The notes below the pieces were generated by a model. The model was not told the origin of the DNA. It ran no database searches and saw only the letters and a list, made by a program, of their open reading frames with translations. Positions 1 to 11,657 of a DNA stretch of 64,000 bases are shown piece by piece. This DNA is from Octopus sinensis. Taxonomy: Eukaryota. The first letter of the stretch is position 1, and the number at the start of each line of letters is the position of its first letter. Location: assembly GCF_006345805.1 (NCBI RefSeq), contig NC_043023.1, positions 10,664,001-10,728,000 of the forward strand. Reading direction: 5' to 3'. The translations under genes were made by a program, and so were the position numbers.

Positions 1-60
1 GTTTGATTAAAGGCGGTGCTCCAGCATGGCCGCAGTCAAATGACTGAAACAAGTAAAAGA
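1..60 (+). mobile_element. 3' end of tRNA-derived SINE family A
   Basis: Matches the tail 'aaaggcggtgctccagcatggccgcagtcaaatgactgaaacaagtaaaaga' of the full copies at 11194 and 20553. Confidence 0.8.
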
Positions 61-249
61 GTAAACTTAGCAATTCCGCAAAAGAGACCGATAGAATGAG
101 TACTAGGCTTACTCAATGGCAACATTGAGAGGTAAACAGACATTAATAGATAGTCACTTCATACATTCATTATCAGATATCTTCTTTTGGCTTTGGTTCC
201 GATGTCAAAAGTTCCAGTTGAGCCAATCAACAGAAAAGCTTTCTCATAA

Positions 250-875
250 GGCGGCAAGCTGGCAGAAATGTTAGCATGTCGGACGAAATGCCGCCACGTT
301 CTGAGTTCAAATTCCGCCGAGGTCAACTTTGCCTTTTATCCCTTCAGGGTCGATTAAATAAGTACCTATTTCTTTATTACCCACAAGGGGCTAAACACAG
401 AGGGGACAAACAAGGACAGACATAGGTATTAAGTCGATTACATCGACCCCAGTTCGTAACTGGTACTTAATTTATCAACCCCGAAAGGATGAAAGGCAAA
501 GTCGACCTCGGCGGAATTTGAACTCACAACGTAACGCAGACGAAAAACCACTAAGCATTTCGCCCGGCGTGCTAACATTTCTGCCAGCTCGCCGATTAAC
601 TAAGTACCAGTTACGCACTGGGGTCGATATAATCGACTTAATACCTATGTCTGTCCTTGTTTGCCCCCTCTGTGTTTAGCCCCTTGTGGGTAGTAAAGAA
701 ATAGGTTTTTCGCCTGCCGCTTTGTTCTGAGTTCAAATTCTGCCGAAGTCAACTTTGCCTTTCATCCTTTCAGGGTCGATAAATTAAGTACCAGTTACGC
801 ACTGGAGTCGATATAATCGACTTGAACCATCTGTCTGTCCTTGTTTGTCTCCTCTGTGTTTAGTCCCTTGTGGGT
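250..875. mobile_element. Cluster of SINE family B fragments in both orientations
   Basis: Head ggcggcaagctggcagaa with B-box-like gagttcaaattcc; body gtcgactttgcctttcatcctttcggggtcgataaattaagtaccag recurs throughout the window. The central motif resembles the Meta-SINE domain (from memory, unverified). Confidence 0.75.
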
Positions 876-1664
876 CAGGTTGTGTGCATTTTATTGTGTA
901 CACACGTGTGCTTGAGTATGTGGTTGTGTGTATGTTTATGTGTGTGCGTGGGGTTGGGTGGGATAGGTTTCTGTGCATTCCTCTGTGTGTGAACGTTTGT
1001 GTACACACATGGGTGTGGGGAAGTATGTGTGTGGTGTGTGGGAGGTATATGTGTTCGTGTATAAAAACAATTTATAAAAATTATAAAAACAATAAAATAT
1101 CCAATAAAAGTTTATTCCAGAAACTACCAGTCAGGAACAAAACGCAACCTTAAAAATATATATGACTCTTTATTTTCTTATTTACAAAAGAAGTACGTTG
1201 GCATATTGGTATCCACTTGGTTCGATATAGCAAGGCTGAATATTAACATTTGTAAGATAAACCTCACAACCAATTCAGCAGCAACAGAGCAGGTCAAATC
1301 CCAAGCGTCTGGGACAGGAGAATAGGCTAATCACACATTTAACATGTCCTTTCGCTTCAATAGTCGTGTCTCAAGTCAACGACGCTATTAAGTAATGTGA
1401 TAGAATTTTCTTCCCCAGTCTCTAGCGCATATGCATGAGGGAACTTCCTTAGGCCTTCCCAGAAGGTTCCAGCCCCACACACGCACACTGAAGAATGATG
1501 TTGCGTGTCCGCACACTGGAAAATGACGTCACTACACATGCATCCATTTTTGTGTCTCCTTGTCTTCACATTGTGACAGTTGTAAACCAGTGTCACCATC
1601 ATACATGTGGTGCGATTTTATTTCCAGTCTCCCATGAAAAACATGTCTGACTATAGGGAAACAG

Positions 1665-2884
1665 TTGGCCAATTCTTTCAAGGCCTCATCATTTTCTTCA
1701 CATTCCAAGAAAGTAGCAGCTGCTGAATGTGGATTTGTTGCTGAGGATAATCGCCCAATTTCTATTTGGGACCACTTACCGGGCCTTCTTGCAAACGCCT
1801 GTCCTGATTCTAAAATCACCCAGGATGCAAAGTGTGCCCAAACAAAAAGCACATACATTTTTCTGAACGCCATTGGACCCTACGGCTTCAATGCTTTATT
1901 AAAAAAAAAAGGCATTCATCAAAATTCTCTCGTTATTAATGAAACTGATGTTTCAACACTAAAACAACGAATCCTGGTTTCCAGATATTACGATGTTGAA
2001 ATTCAAGACAGTCAACAATTTTCTTACACTCATAGAAATACAGGATTGCAGGGCTACGGGTATATACAACTGTCTTCTATCATTTTTAAACAAACACTCA
2101 AAACGAACTTTTTATACATTTTTTTGACTTGGAAAACATTAATTGAAACGTTGAATGTTTGGACATCAAAAGTGGAGGCACATGGCTTAGTAGTTAGAGT
2201 AGCGGACTCGCAGTCGAGGGATTGCGGGTTCGAATCTCAGACAGGACGATGTGCGTGTTTATGAGCAAAACACCTAAGCTCCACGTGGCTCTGGCAGAAG
2301 GTAATGACGAACTTCTGCTGACTCTTTCGCCACAACTTTCTCTCACTCTTTCCTCCTGCATCTCGCAGCTCACCTCTAGAAAATTTGATAGGTTTCACCT
2401 GTGGTAATGCAAATGTTATGGGATTACTAGAGGCGTTGGACCCAACCAATGTAATTAAAGGAAGGCCAAGGTCAATTATACCACTTATCATGGCGATTCC
2501 CCAAGTTTTTGTGATGAAAAAGATTTCAAAGAAATTATTCAGGAATGGCGGATGGTTCGGGGAGGTTCTTTCATTCTGTATAATGAACCAGAAAAATTTT
2601 GGTTTGCTGTTTCACAAGAGAAATGTGGTGATGAGTACCGCTATCCACTGTTGTCATCCTTTATGCTTAGACTTCTTTCTTTACCACACTTCTCTGCATC
2701 GTCAGAGAGAATTTTCTGTTTTCCACAATATCAAAATTGCTTGAAAACTTCTATGCTTAATTCTCTTGTGAGGTTGAAAACTTTGTTACAAAAAACTGAT
2801 TGTATGAAGTGGGAGTCGGATGAGCAACTTTGTAAAACATTACTTGAAAAAAATTGGTACAACAGTCAACCTTTTTCATTTTGA
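1665..2884 (+). mobile_element. Degenerate, internally deleted hAT-superfamily transposase
   Basis: KVAAAECGFVAEDN..DHL..LL..ACPDSKI....CAQTKST...SLVINETDVSTLKQ...RYYD (N-terminal half and first catalytic region). FW....YPLLS.FML.LLSLPH.SASSERIF is typical of the hAT C-terminal dimerisation domain (ORF 2552-2884). Frameshifted. Confidence 0.75.
2172..2375 (+). mobile_element. Truncated tRNA-derived SINE family C (inverted duplicate of the 2890-3189 copy)
   Basis: A box tggcttagtagttag and B box ggttcgaatct; near-identical to the reverse complement of 2986-3189. Confidence 0.75.
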
Positions 2885-2889
2885 TGTCC

Positions 2890-3189
2890 TTCCTTCTTAC
2901 TTGAGCCATGCCTGGCTCATAAGGGCCGGCTTCCCGGTTTCTTGGCGTATAGGTTCCCCACCTGAACGGGACACCAGTCAGTCGCAGGTGAGCTGCAAGA
3001 TGCAGGAGGAAAGAGTGAGAGAAAGTTGTGGCGAAAGAGTCAGCAGAAGTTCGTCATTACCTTCTGCCAGAGCCACGTGGAGCTTAGGTGTTTTGCTCAT
3101 AAACACACACATCGTCCTGTCTGAGATTCGAACCCGCAACCCCTCGACTGCGGGTCCGCTGCTCTAACCACTAAGCCATGTGCCTCCAC
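2890..3189 (-). mobile_element. Full-length tRNA-derived SINE family C with 11-bp TSD
   Basis: Flanked by ttttgatgtcc at 2879-2889 and 3190-3200; tRNA-like head at the 3189 end. Confidence 0.8.
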
Positions 3190-3374
3190 TTTTGATGTCC
3201 AAACATTCAACGTTTCAATTAATGTTTTCCAAGTCAAAAAAATTTATAAAAAGTTTGTTTTGACTGTATTTGGGGCCTTCAGTAAAATTCTGTACATTTT
3301 GAAAAAAAAACCTTTGGCAGCACTGGTTGGGAGCATTAAGGGGTCTTTTTTTTTTGTTTTGAGATAATGATTTG

Positions 3375-3641
3375 CCGCCTCCTTGACTGGCCTCCGTGCC
3401 GGTGGCACGTAACAGACACCATCCAATCGTGGCCGTTGCCAGCTTCGCCTGGCACCTGCGTCGGTGACACGTAAAAAGCACCCACTACACCCACGGAGTG
3501 GTTGGCGTTAGGAAGGGCATCCAACTGTAGAAACACTGCCGGAACCGACTGGGCCTGGTGCAGCCTTCTGGTTCCCCAGACCCCAGTTTGAACCGTCCAA
3601 CCCATGCCAGCATGGAACGTGGACGTTAAACGATGATGATG
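3375..3641 (+). mobile_element. Retroposon 3' portion with (GAT)n tail
   Basis: ggttggcgttaggaagggcatccaactgtagaa...catggaacgtggacgttaaacgatgatgatgat; related pieces at 12445-12925, 21845-21910 and 33025-33177. Confidence 0.6.
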
Positions 3642-3879
3642 ATCACGAGTTGTATGGCTTGTTTCCTGCACGAATGTATTTTTACTTATTTAAGACATCT
3701 CTTCCATAAACTAATTCGCCACAGATATCAATCACAGTGAAAGAGTATCTCTCCTGAGTGAATGTGCTTAAGTTAAGTGGCCTCTATCAAGTCATTGATG
3801 GAGGCTGCTTAACCTGTGTGTCAGCTGGTCTTATGGTAGTCAATCGAAGGAAGAAACTGTCTAACCTCTTTGGACAACT

Positions 3880-6800
3880 GGATCTTTTCCTTTTGAACGG
3901 CAGACAATTTCTATTTAACTAAATACTTTTAAACTTCATATACTGGTAGAATGTGTCAAAATAAAACATTTTTTTCTCTTGGCTTTCTTGAGAAAATTGT
4001 AATTTGTTTGTTCAACGTAGTTTAATTTTTCGAATTTAAACCAATCCTATGCCCTCTTTTGAGCTAAAATCATTTGCTGCGTCTAAAACTGAGACAACAT
4101 CCTGTAACTAACCCTAAACCTCCCCCTAACCCTAACCCTAAATTTTTTTTCTTAATTGTTACACGTGTAAAAAAAAAATAAACCAATGGAATTAAATTAA
4201 TTTAACAATTAAGAAAAAAAAAGTTAGGGTTAGGGTTAGGGGGAGGTTTAGGGTTAGTGACAGGATGTTGTCTCAGTTTTAGACGCAGCAAATGATTTTA
4301 GTTGAATGGAGGTAATCGATTGGTTAAAATTGCCGAAATGCTCGGATTTTCAGACGAAATATCTTACAAACTATAGAATTTTCTCAAAGCCAAGAGAAAA
4401 AGATGTTTTATAAAGACATTCTACCAGTATACGAAGTTTAAAAGTGTTTAGTTACGTGGAAATTATTTTAAAAAACTGCCCGTCAAATGGAAAAGATCCC
4501 AAATATCTTACAAACTATAGAATTTTCTCAATAAAACCAAGAGAAAAAGATGTTTTATAAACACATTCTACCAGTATACGAAATTTAAACGTGTTTAGTT
4601 ACGTGGAAATTATTTTAAAAAACTGCCGGTCAAACGGAAAAGATCCCAAATATCTTACAAACTATAGAATTTTCTCAATAAAGCCAAGAGAAAAAGATGT
4701 CTTATAAACACATTCTACCAGTATACGAAATTTAAACGTGTTTAGTTACGTGGAAATTATTTTAAAAAACTGCCGGTCAAACGGAAAAGATCCCAAATAT
4801 CTTACAAACTATAGAATTTTCTCAATAAAGCCAAGAGAAAAAGATGTCTTATAAACACATTCTACCAGTATACGAAATTTAAACGTGTTTAGTTACGTGG
4901 AAATTATTTTAAAAAACTGCCGGTCAAACGGAAAAGATCCCAAATATCTTACAAACTATAGAATTTTCTCAATAAAACCAAGAGAAAAAGATGTTTTATA
5001 AACACATTCTACCAGTATACGAAATTTAAACGTGTTTAGTTACGTGGAAATTATTTTAAAAAACTGCCGGTCAAACGGAAAAGATCCCAAATATCTTACA
5101 AACTATAGAATTTTCTCAATAAAGCCAAGAGAAAAAGATGTCTTATAAACACATTCTACCAGTATACGAAATTTAAACGTGTTTAGTTACGTGGAAATTA
5201 TTTTAAAAAACTGCCGGTCAAACGGAAAAGATCCCAAATATCTTACAAACTATAGAATTTTCTCAATAAAACCAAGAGAAAAAGATGTTTTATAAACACA
5301 TTCTACCAGTATACGAAATTTAAACGTGTTTAGTTACGTGGAAATTATTTTAAAAAACTGCCGGTCAAACGGAAAAGATCCCAAATATCTTACAAACTAT
5401 AGAATTTTCTCAATAAAGCCAAGAGAAAAAGATGTCTTATAAACACATTCTACCAGTATACGAAATTTAAACGTGTTTAGTTACGTGGAAATTATTTTAA
5501 AAAACTGCCGGTCAAACGGAAAAGATCCCAAATATCTTACAAACTATAGAATTTTCACAATAAAGCCAAGAGAAAAAGATGTCTTATAAACACATTCTAC
5601 CAGTATACGAATTTAAAACGTGTTAGTTACGTGGAAATTATTTTAAAAAACTGCCGTCAAACGGAAAAGATCCCAAATATCTTACAAACTATAGAATTTT
5701 CTCAATAAAACCAAGACAAAAAGATGTTTTATAACACATTCTACCAGTACACGAAGTTTAAAAGTGTTTAGTTACGTGGAAATTTTTTAAAAAAACTGCC
5801 GGTCAAACGGAAAAGATCCCAAATATCTTACAAACCATAGAATTTTCTCAATAAAGCCAAGAAAAAGATGTTTTATAAACACATTCTACCAGTATACGAA
5901 GTTTAAAAGTGTTTAGTTACGTGGAAATTATTTTAAAAAACTGCCGGTCAAACGGAAAAGATCCCAAATATCTTACAAACCATAGAATTTTCTCAATAAA
6001 GCCAAGAGAAAAAGATGTTTTATAAACACATTCTACCAGTATACGAAGCTTAAAAGGTTCAGTTACGTGAAATTATTTTAAAAAACTGCCGGTCAAACGG
6101 AAAAGATCCAAAATATCTTACAACCATAGAATTTTCTCAATAAAGCCAAGAGAAAAAATGTTTTATAAACACATTCTACCAGTATACGAAGCTTAAAAGG
6201 GTTCAGTTACGTGGAAATTATTTTAAAAAACTGCCGGTCAAACGGAAAAGATCCCAAATATCTTACAAACCATAGAATTTTCTCAATAAAGCCAAGAGAA
6301 AAAGATGTTTTATAAACACATTCTACCAGTATACGAAGCTTAAAAGGGTTCAGTTACGTGGAAATTATTTTAAAAAACTGCCGGTCAAACGGAAAAGATC
6401 CCAAATATCTTACAAACCATAGAATTTTCTCAATAAAGCCAAGAGAAAAAGATGTTTTATAAACACATTCTACCAGTATACGAAGCTTAAAAGGGTTCAG
6501 TTACGTGGAAATTATTTTAAAAAACTGCCGGTCAAACGGAAAAGATCCCAAATATCTTACAAACCATAGAATTTTCTCAATAAAGCCAAGAGAAAAAGAT
6601 GTTTTATAAACACATTCTACCAGTATACGAAGTTTAAAAGTGTTTAGTTACGTGGAAATTATTTAAAAAAACTGCCGGTCAAACCGAAAAGATCCCAAAT
6701 ATCTTACAAACCATAGAATTTTCTCAATAAAGCCAAGAGAAAAAGATGTTTTATAAACACATTCTACCAGTATACGAAGTTTAAAAGTGTTTAGTTACGT

Positions 6801-8444
6801 GGAATTATTTTAAAAAAACTGCCGGTCAAACGAAAAGATCCCAAATATCTTACAAACCATAGAATTTTCTCAATAAAGCCAAGAGAAAAAGATGTTTTAT
6901 AAACACATTCTACCAGTATACGAAGTTTAAAAGTGTTTAGTTACGTGGAAATTATTTTAAAAAACTGCCGGTCAAACGGAAAAGATCCCAAATATCTTAC
7001 AAACCATAGAATTTTCTCAATAAAGCCAAGAGAAAAAGATGTTTTATAAACACATTCTACCAGTATACGAAGCTTAAAAGGGTTCAGTTACGTGGAAATT
7101 ATTTTAAAAAACTGCCGGTCAAACGGAAAAGATCCCAAATATCTTACAAACCATAGAATTTTCTCAATAAAGCCAAGAGAAAAAGATGTTTTATAAACAC
7201 ATTCTACCAGTATACGAAGCTTAAAAGGGTTCAGTTACGTGGAAATTTTTTAAAAAAACTGCCGGTCAAACGGAAAAGATCCCAAATATCTTACAAACCA
7301 TAGAATTTTCTCAATAAAGCCAAGAGAAAAAGATTTTTATAAACACATTCTACCAGTATACGAAGTTTAAAAGGGTTCAGTTACGTGGAAATTATTTTAA
7401 AAAACTGCCGGTCAAACGGAAAAGATCCCAAATATCTTACAAACCATAGAATTTTCTCAATAAAGCCAAGAGAAAAAGATGTTTTATAAACACATTCTAC
7501 CAGTATACGAAGTTTAAAAGTTTTAGTTACGTGGAAATTATTTAAAAAAACTGCCGGTCAAACGGAAAAGATCCCAAATATCTTACAAACCATAGAATTT
7601 TCTCAATAAAGCCAAGAGAAAAAGATGTTTTATAACACATTCTACCAGTATACGAAGCTTAAAAGTGTTTAGTTACGTGGAAATTATTTAAAAAAACTGC
7701 CGGTCAAACGGAAAAGATCCCAAATATCTTACAAACCATAGAATTTTCTCAATAAAGCCAAGAGAAAAAGATGTTTTATAAACACATTCTACCAGTATAC
7801 GAAGTTTAAAAGTGTTTAGTTACGTGGAAATTATTTAAAAAAACTGCCGGTCAAACGGAAAAGATCCCAAATATCTTACAAACCATAGAATTTTCTCAAT
7901 AAAGCCAAGAGAAAAAGATGTTTTATAAACACATTCTACCAGTATACGAAGTTTAAAAGTGTTTAGTTACGTGGAAATTATTTAAAAAAACTGCCGGTCA
8001 AACGAAAAGATCCCAAATATCTTACAAACCATAGAATTTTCTCAATAAAGCCAAGAGAAAAAGATGTTTTATAAACACATTCTACCAGTATACGAAGTTT
8101 AAAAGTGTTTAGTTACGTGGAAATATTTTAAAAAACTGCCGGTCAAACGGAAAAGATCCCAAATATCTTACAAACTATAGAATTTTCTCAATAAAGCCAA
8201 GAGAAAAAGATGTTTTATAAACACATTCTACCAGTATACGAAGTTTAAAAGTGTTTAGTTACGTGGAAATTATTTTAAAAAACTGCCGGTCAAACCGAAA
8301 AGATCCCAAATATCTTACAAACCATAGAATTTTCTCAATAAAGCCAAGAGAAAAAGATGTTTTATAAACACATTCTACCAGTATACGAAGCTTAAAAGTG
8401 TTTAGTTAACTAGAAATTGTCTGCCGTTCAAAAGGAAAAGATCC
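3880..8444 (+). mobile_element. Non-autonomous TIR element (GGATC subfamily A, Merlin-like) carrying a 147-bp array
   Basis: TIRs GGATCTTTTCCTTTTGAACGGCAG / CTGCCGTTCAAAAGGAAAAGATCC; perfect 8-bp TSD ggacaact at 3872-3879 and 8445-8452. GG termini plus an 8-bp TSD fit Merlin (inference). Confidence 0.85.
4357..8444 (+). repeat. 147-bp tandem array, about 28 units
   Basis: Unit starts aaatatcttac at 4501, 4648, 4795, 4942 (period 147). Confidence 0.95.
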
Positions 8445-8522
8445 GGACAACTTGCTTCAGGACAGTGGAACAGCAAAAGTTAACAAATTAAAAACATGCA
8501 CTGGGGACCGCAATGAAAATGA

Positions 8523-9899
8523 TTACACCAAAGACATCACAGTGACAGGGGATTCTGGCCCCTTATGAATGTGCTTATGTGTTTTAAGAGTACCCTTTTC
8601 AGAGAATGATTTATCACATATATCGCATGTGTATGGCTTCTCTCCTGTATGAATTCGTTTGTGTATAGTTAAGTGTTCATTTCGAGAGAACGATTTGCCA
8701 CAGATATCACAGTGAAATGGTTTCTCTCCTGTATGAACACGCTTATGTTTAGTTAAGTGACTTCCATCAGAGAAAGATTTACCACAGATATCACACTGAT
8801 ACGGTCTCTCTCCCGTGTGAATATGCATGTGTGTATTTAGCTTCCCTTTTTCAGCAAATGATTTACCACAGATCTCACAGTGATATGGTTTCTCTCCTGT
8901 ATGGATACGTCTGTGCGTAGTCAAGTTACTACTTTCAGAGAAGGATTTACCACAGATATCACAGTGATATGGATTTTCTCCTGTATGAATACGTTTGTGT
9001 CTAATCAAATGATGATTGCGAAAGAATGACTTGCCACAGATATCGCACTGATATGGTTTCTCTCCTGTGTGAATGCGTTTGTGTTTAGTCAAACAGCCTC
9101 CGTCGGAAAACGATTTACCACAGACATCACAGTGATATGGTTTTTCTCCGGTATGGACACGTTTATGAATAGTTAGATGACCAATTTGAGCGAATGAACT
9201 ACCACAGATATCACAGCGATATGGTTTCCCTCCTGTATGAATGCGTTTGTGTGTAATCAAAGCATGACTATGAGAGAATGATTTACCACAGACATCACAG
9301 CGATACGGTTTCTCTCCAGTATGACTACGCTTGTGTGCTGATATTTTACCACTCTCGGAGAAAGATTTGCCACAGATATCACAATGATATGGTTTCTCAC
9401 CTGTATGAATACGTCTATGTTTAGTTAAGTCTCCATTTTCACAGAACGATTTACCACAGATATCACAACAATACGGTTTCTCACCTGTATGAGTACGCCT
9501 GTGCCTGATTAAGTTACTACTTCCAGAGAATGACTTTCCACAGATATCACAATGGTAGGGTCTCTCTCCCGTATGGACCCGTTTATGAGTAGTCAAGCTG
9601 CTATTTTGAGAGAATAATTTACCACAGGTGTCACATTTATACGGTTTTTCACCTGTGTGACTATGTTTGTGAGTAAGAACTTTACCTTTTTCAGAGAATG
9701 ATTTCCCACAGATATCACAGTGATGTGGTTTCTCACCTGTATGAATACGCTTATGTGTAGTCAGGTTACCTTTCTGAGAGAATGATTTACCACAGATATC
9801 ACAATAATGCAAGGTCTCTTTCTTTATATCATAAGAAGCAGCAATCCTTTTAGTCTGTCTTTTACGCTTAACCTTATCATTACACATTTCAGTTTCCAT
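8523..9899 (-). CDS. Poly-C2H2 zinc-finger protein A, 458 aa, 15 fingers
   Basis: Intact ATG-initiated ORF with 15 CxxC-x12-HxxxH repeats and TGEKPY linkers; ~30 aa N-terminal leader. Confidence 0.92.
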   Translation of the reverse strand: METEMCNDKVKRKRQTKRIAASYDIKKETLHYCDICGKSFSQKGNLTTHKRIHTGEKPHHCDICGKSFSEKGKVLTHKHSHTGEKPYKCDTCGKLFSQNSSLTTHKRVHTGERPYHCDICGKSFSGSSNLIRHRRTHTGEKPYCCDICGKSFCENGDLTKHRRIHTGEKPYHCDICGKSFSESGKISAHKRSHTGEKPYRCDVCGKSFSHSHALITHKRIHTGGKPYRCDICGSSFAQIGHLTIHKRVHTGEKPYHCDVCGKSFSDGGCLTKHKRIHTGEKPYQCDICGKSFFRNHHLIRHKRIHTGENPYHCDICGKSFSESSNLTTHRRIHTGEKPYHCEICGKSFAEKGKLNTHMHIHTGERPYQCDICGKSFSDGSHLTKHKRVHTGEKPFHCDICGKSFSRNEHLTIHKRIHTGEKPYTCDICDKSFSEKGTLKTHKHIHKGPESPVTVMSLV

Positions 9900-10142
9900 A
9901 ATTTTTTTCCTCTAACCTCAACAGATATTTTTTTGCACATTCACTGCTCTACTGTGGCATGCTATTATCTTTGTTGAGGGCAGCAAGCTGGCAGAATCGT
10001 TAGCACGCCGGGCAAAATGCTTAGCAGTATTTCGTCTGCCGCTACGTTCTGAGTTCAAATTCCGCTGCTCCAATCATCATTAGGTCTTTAATTGATAATC
10101 AATACTAACGATGTATCTCATGAAAAGAACTTTTTGATACCA

Positions 10143-10300
10143 GTTCCATCTGATGTTATCACAATATATAATTTTTTTTTGTATTTCCTTATTTTCTTTT
10201 GGATATACATTTTCTTTTGGATATACATCTATGTTCCATCTGATGTTATCACAACATATAATTTTTTTTGTATTTCCTTATTTTCTTTTGGATATACATC
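10143..10300 (+). repeat. Direct duplication of ~70-90 bp
   Basis: gttccatctgatgttatcacaa...ttggatatacat occurs twice. Confidence 0.7.
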
Positions 10301-10556
10301 TATAACGATGAAAATATTATTTCAGCTGCTATGTTCCACCCAAGTCTGATCTTTGCCAATTACTGAAGCGGTTTACAAAGCTCTTTGTGTAAAATTTGCC
10401 CAAGTTTCACTCTTCACCATTTAGATGGCGCTGTCAAATGCTTATTGCTTCACCTTACTTCAAATTAATCACGTGTTCCTTTGCAGCTTCGATATCTTGA
10501 TCATGTGATGTATATTTTTAGAACACTGTAGGGCAGATATGAGAGGCAGGTATGAA

Positions 10557-10790
10557 AGGCGGCGAGCTGGCAGAAACGTTAGCACACTGGGCGAAATGCT
10601 TAGCAGTATTTTGTCTGCCGCTACGTTCTGAGTTCAAATTCCGCCGAGGTCGACTTTGCCTTTCATCCTTTCGGGGTCGATAAATTAAGTACCAGTTACG
10701 CACTGGGGTCGATGTAATCGACTTAATCCGTTTGTCTGTCCTTTGTCCTCTCTGTGTTTAGCCCCTTGTGGGTAGTAAAGAAACAGGTAT
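10557..10790 (+). mobile_element. SINE family B, full monomer
   Basis: Head, body and tail ending gtagtaaagaaa. Confidence 0.8.
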
Positions 10791-11094
10791 GAGAGGCCAC
10801 GTCTGGCCAGTCTGAACAGAAAACCAGTAGAATGTTTAGACTAGATATGGCCAGTTTAAATACAAAAAAGGTCAAATTGAATCCTATATAATTTTGTACA
10901 TTTTCCAAATAGTGGATAAGATAGAAACGTTGCTATTGCTCTCAATTCAGAATAAATATTTCACAGTAATTCACCATAGATATATTATTATAAACAGGGT
11001 TATATCTATTGTGTATAACATTTTCTTCTTGTGTTTGAAACTTGATAAATATTCATGATGTAAAAATTCCTTTATGCCTCAGACATCTGACATT

Positions 11095-11115
11095 CTGAAA
11101 TGATACAGAAACAGT
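11095..11115 (-). promoter_or_regulatory. Candidate 3' splice acceptor upstream of ZNF A
   Basis: Minus strand ctgtttctgtatcatttcag|; homologous to motifs upstream of B, C and D. Confidence 0.55.
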
Positions 11116-11193
11116 AGAAGATATATAAAATATATAAAAAGAGATTCAACAATAGTAACATTACTACACTTAATAAGAATAAACCAGATAAAC

Positions 11194-11360
11194 CAGGAGT
11201 GGCTGTGTGGTAAGTAGCTTGCTAACCAACCACATGGTTGCGGGTTCAGTCCCACTGCGTGGCATCTTGGGCTAGTGTCTTCTGCTATAGCCCCGGGCCG
11301 ACCAATGCCTTGTGAGTGGATTTGGTAGACGGAAACTGAAAGAAGCCTGTCATATATATG

Positions 11361-11391
<31 letters not shown>

Positions 11392-11585
11392 CTGTGTTTG
11401 TCCCCCTAGCATTGCTTGACAACCGATGCTGGTGTGTTTACATCCCCGTCACTTAGCGGTTTGGCAAAAAGAGACCGATAGAATAAGTACTAGACTTACA
11501 AAGAATAAGTCCCGGGTTCGATTTGATCGACTAAAGGTGGTGCTCCAGCATGGCAGCAGTCAAATGACTGAAACAAGTAAAAGAG
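11194..11585 (+). mobile_element. SINE family A, full length
   Basis: A box tggctgtgtgg, B box ggttcagtccc, internal (TA/TG)n, tail gaaacaagtaaaagag. Confidence 0.85.
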
Positions 11586-11657
11586 TATATGAACTTTTAG
11601 AATAATTAAAATTGTTAATTACTTGTAGGGACACCATATTTTGATATAGAACCACAT

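Noticed and set aside
2172-2245. SINE heads as functional tRNA genes
   Set aside because: No convincing cloverleaf or acceptor stem; they run directly into SINE bodies.
1357-2491. Minus-strand ORFs faintly resembling a MULE transposase (LPLITLVG; ANCFPIVRH)
   Set aside because: Motif spacing is wrong and the plus strand gives a much better, colinear hAT match.
4112-4256. Interstitial telomere or chromosome fusion site
   Set aside because: Only 2-3 TTAGGG units, located within MITE arms and repeated in each copy.
4357-8444. CRISPR-like appearance of the regular arrays
   Set aside because: Units are contiguous near-identical repeats with no unique spacers, there are no cas genes, and the context is eukaryotic.
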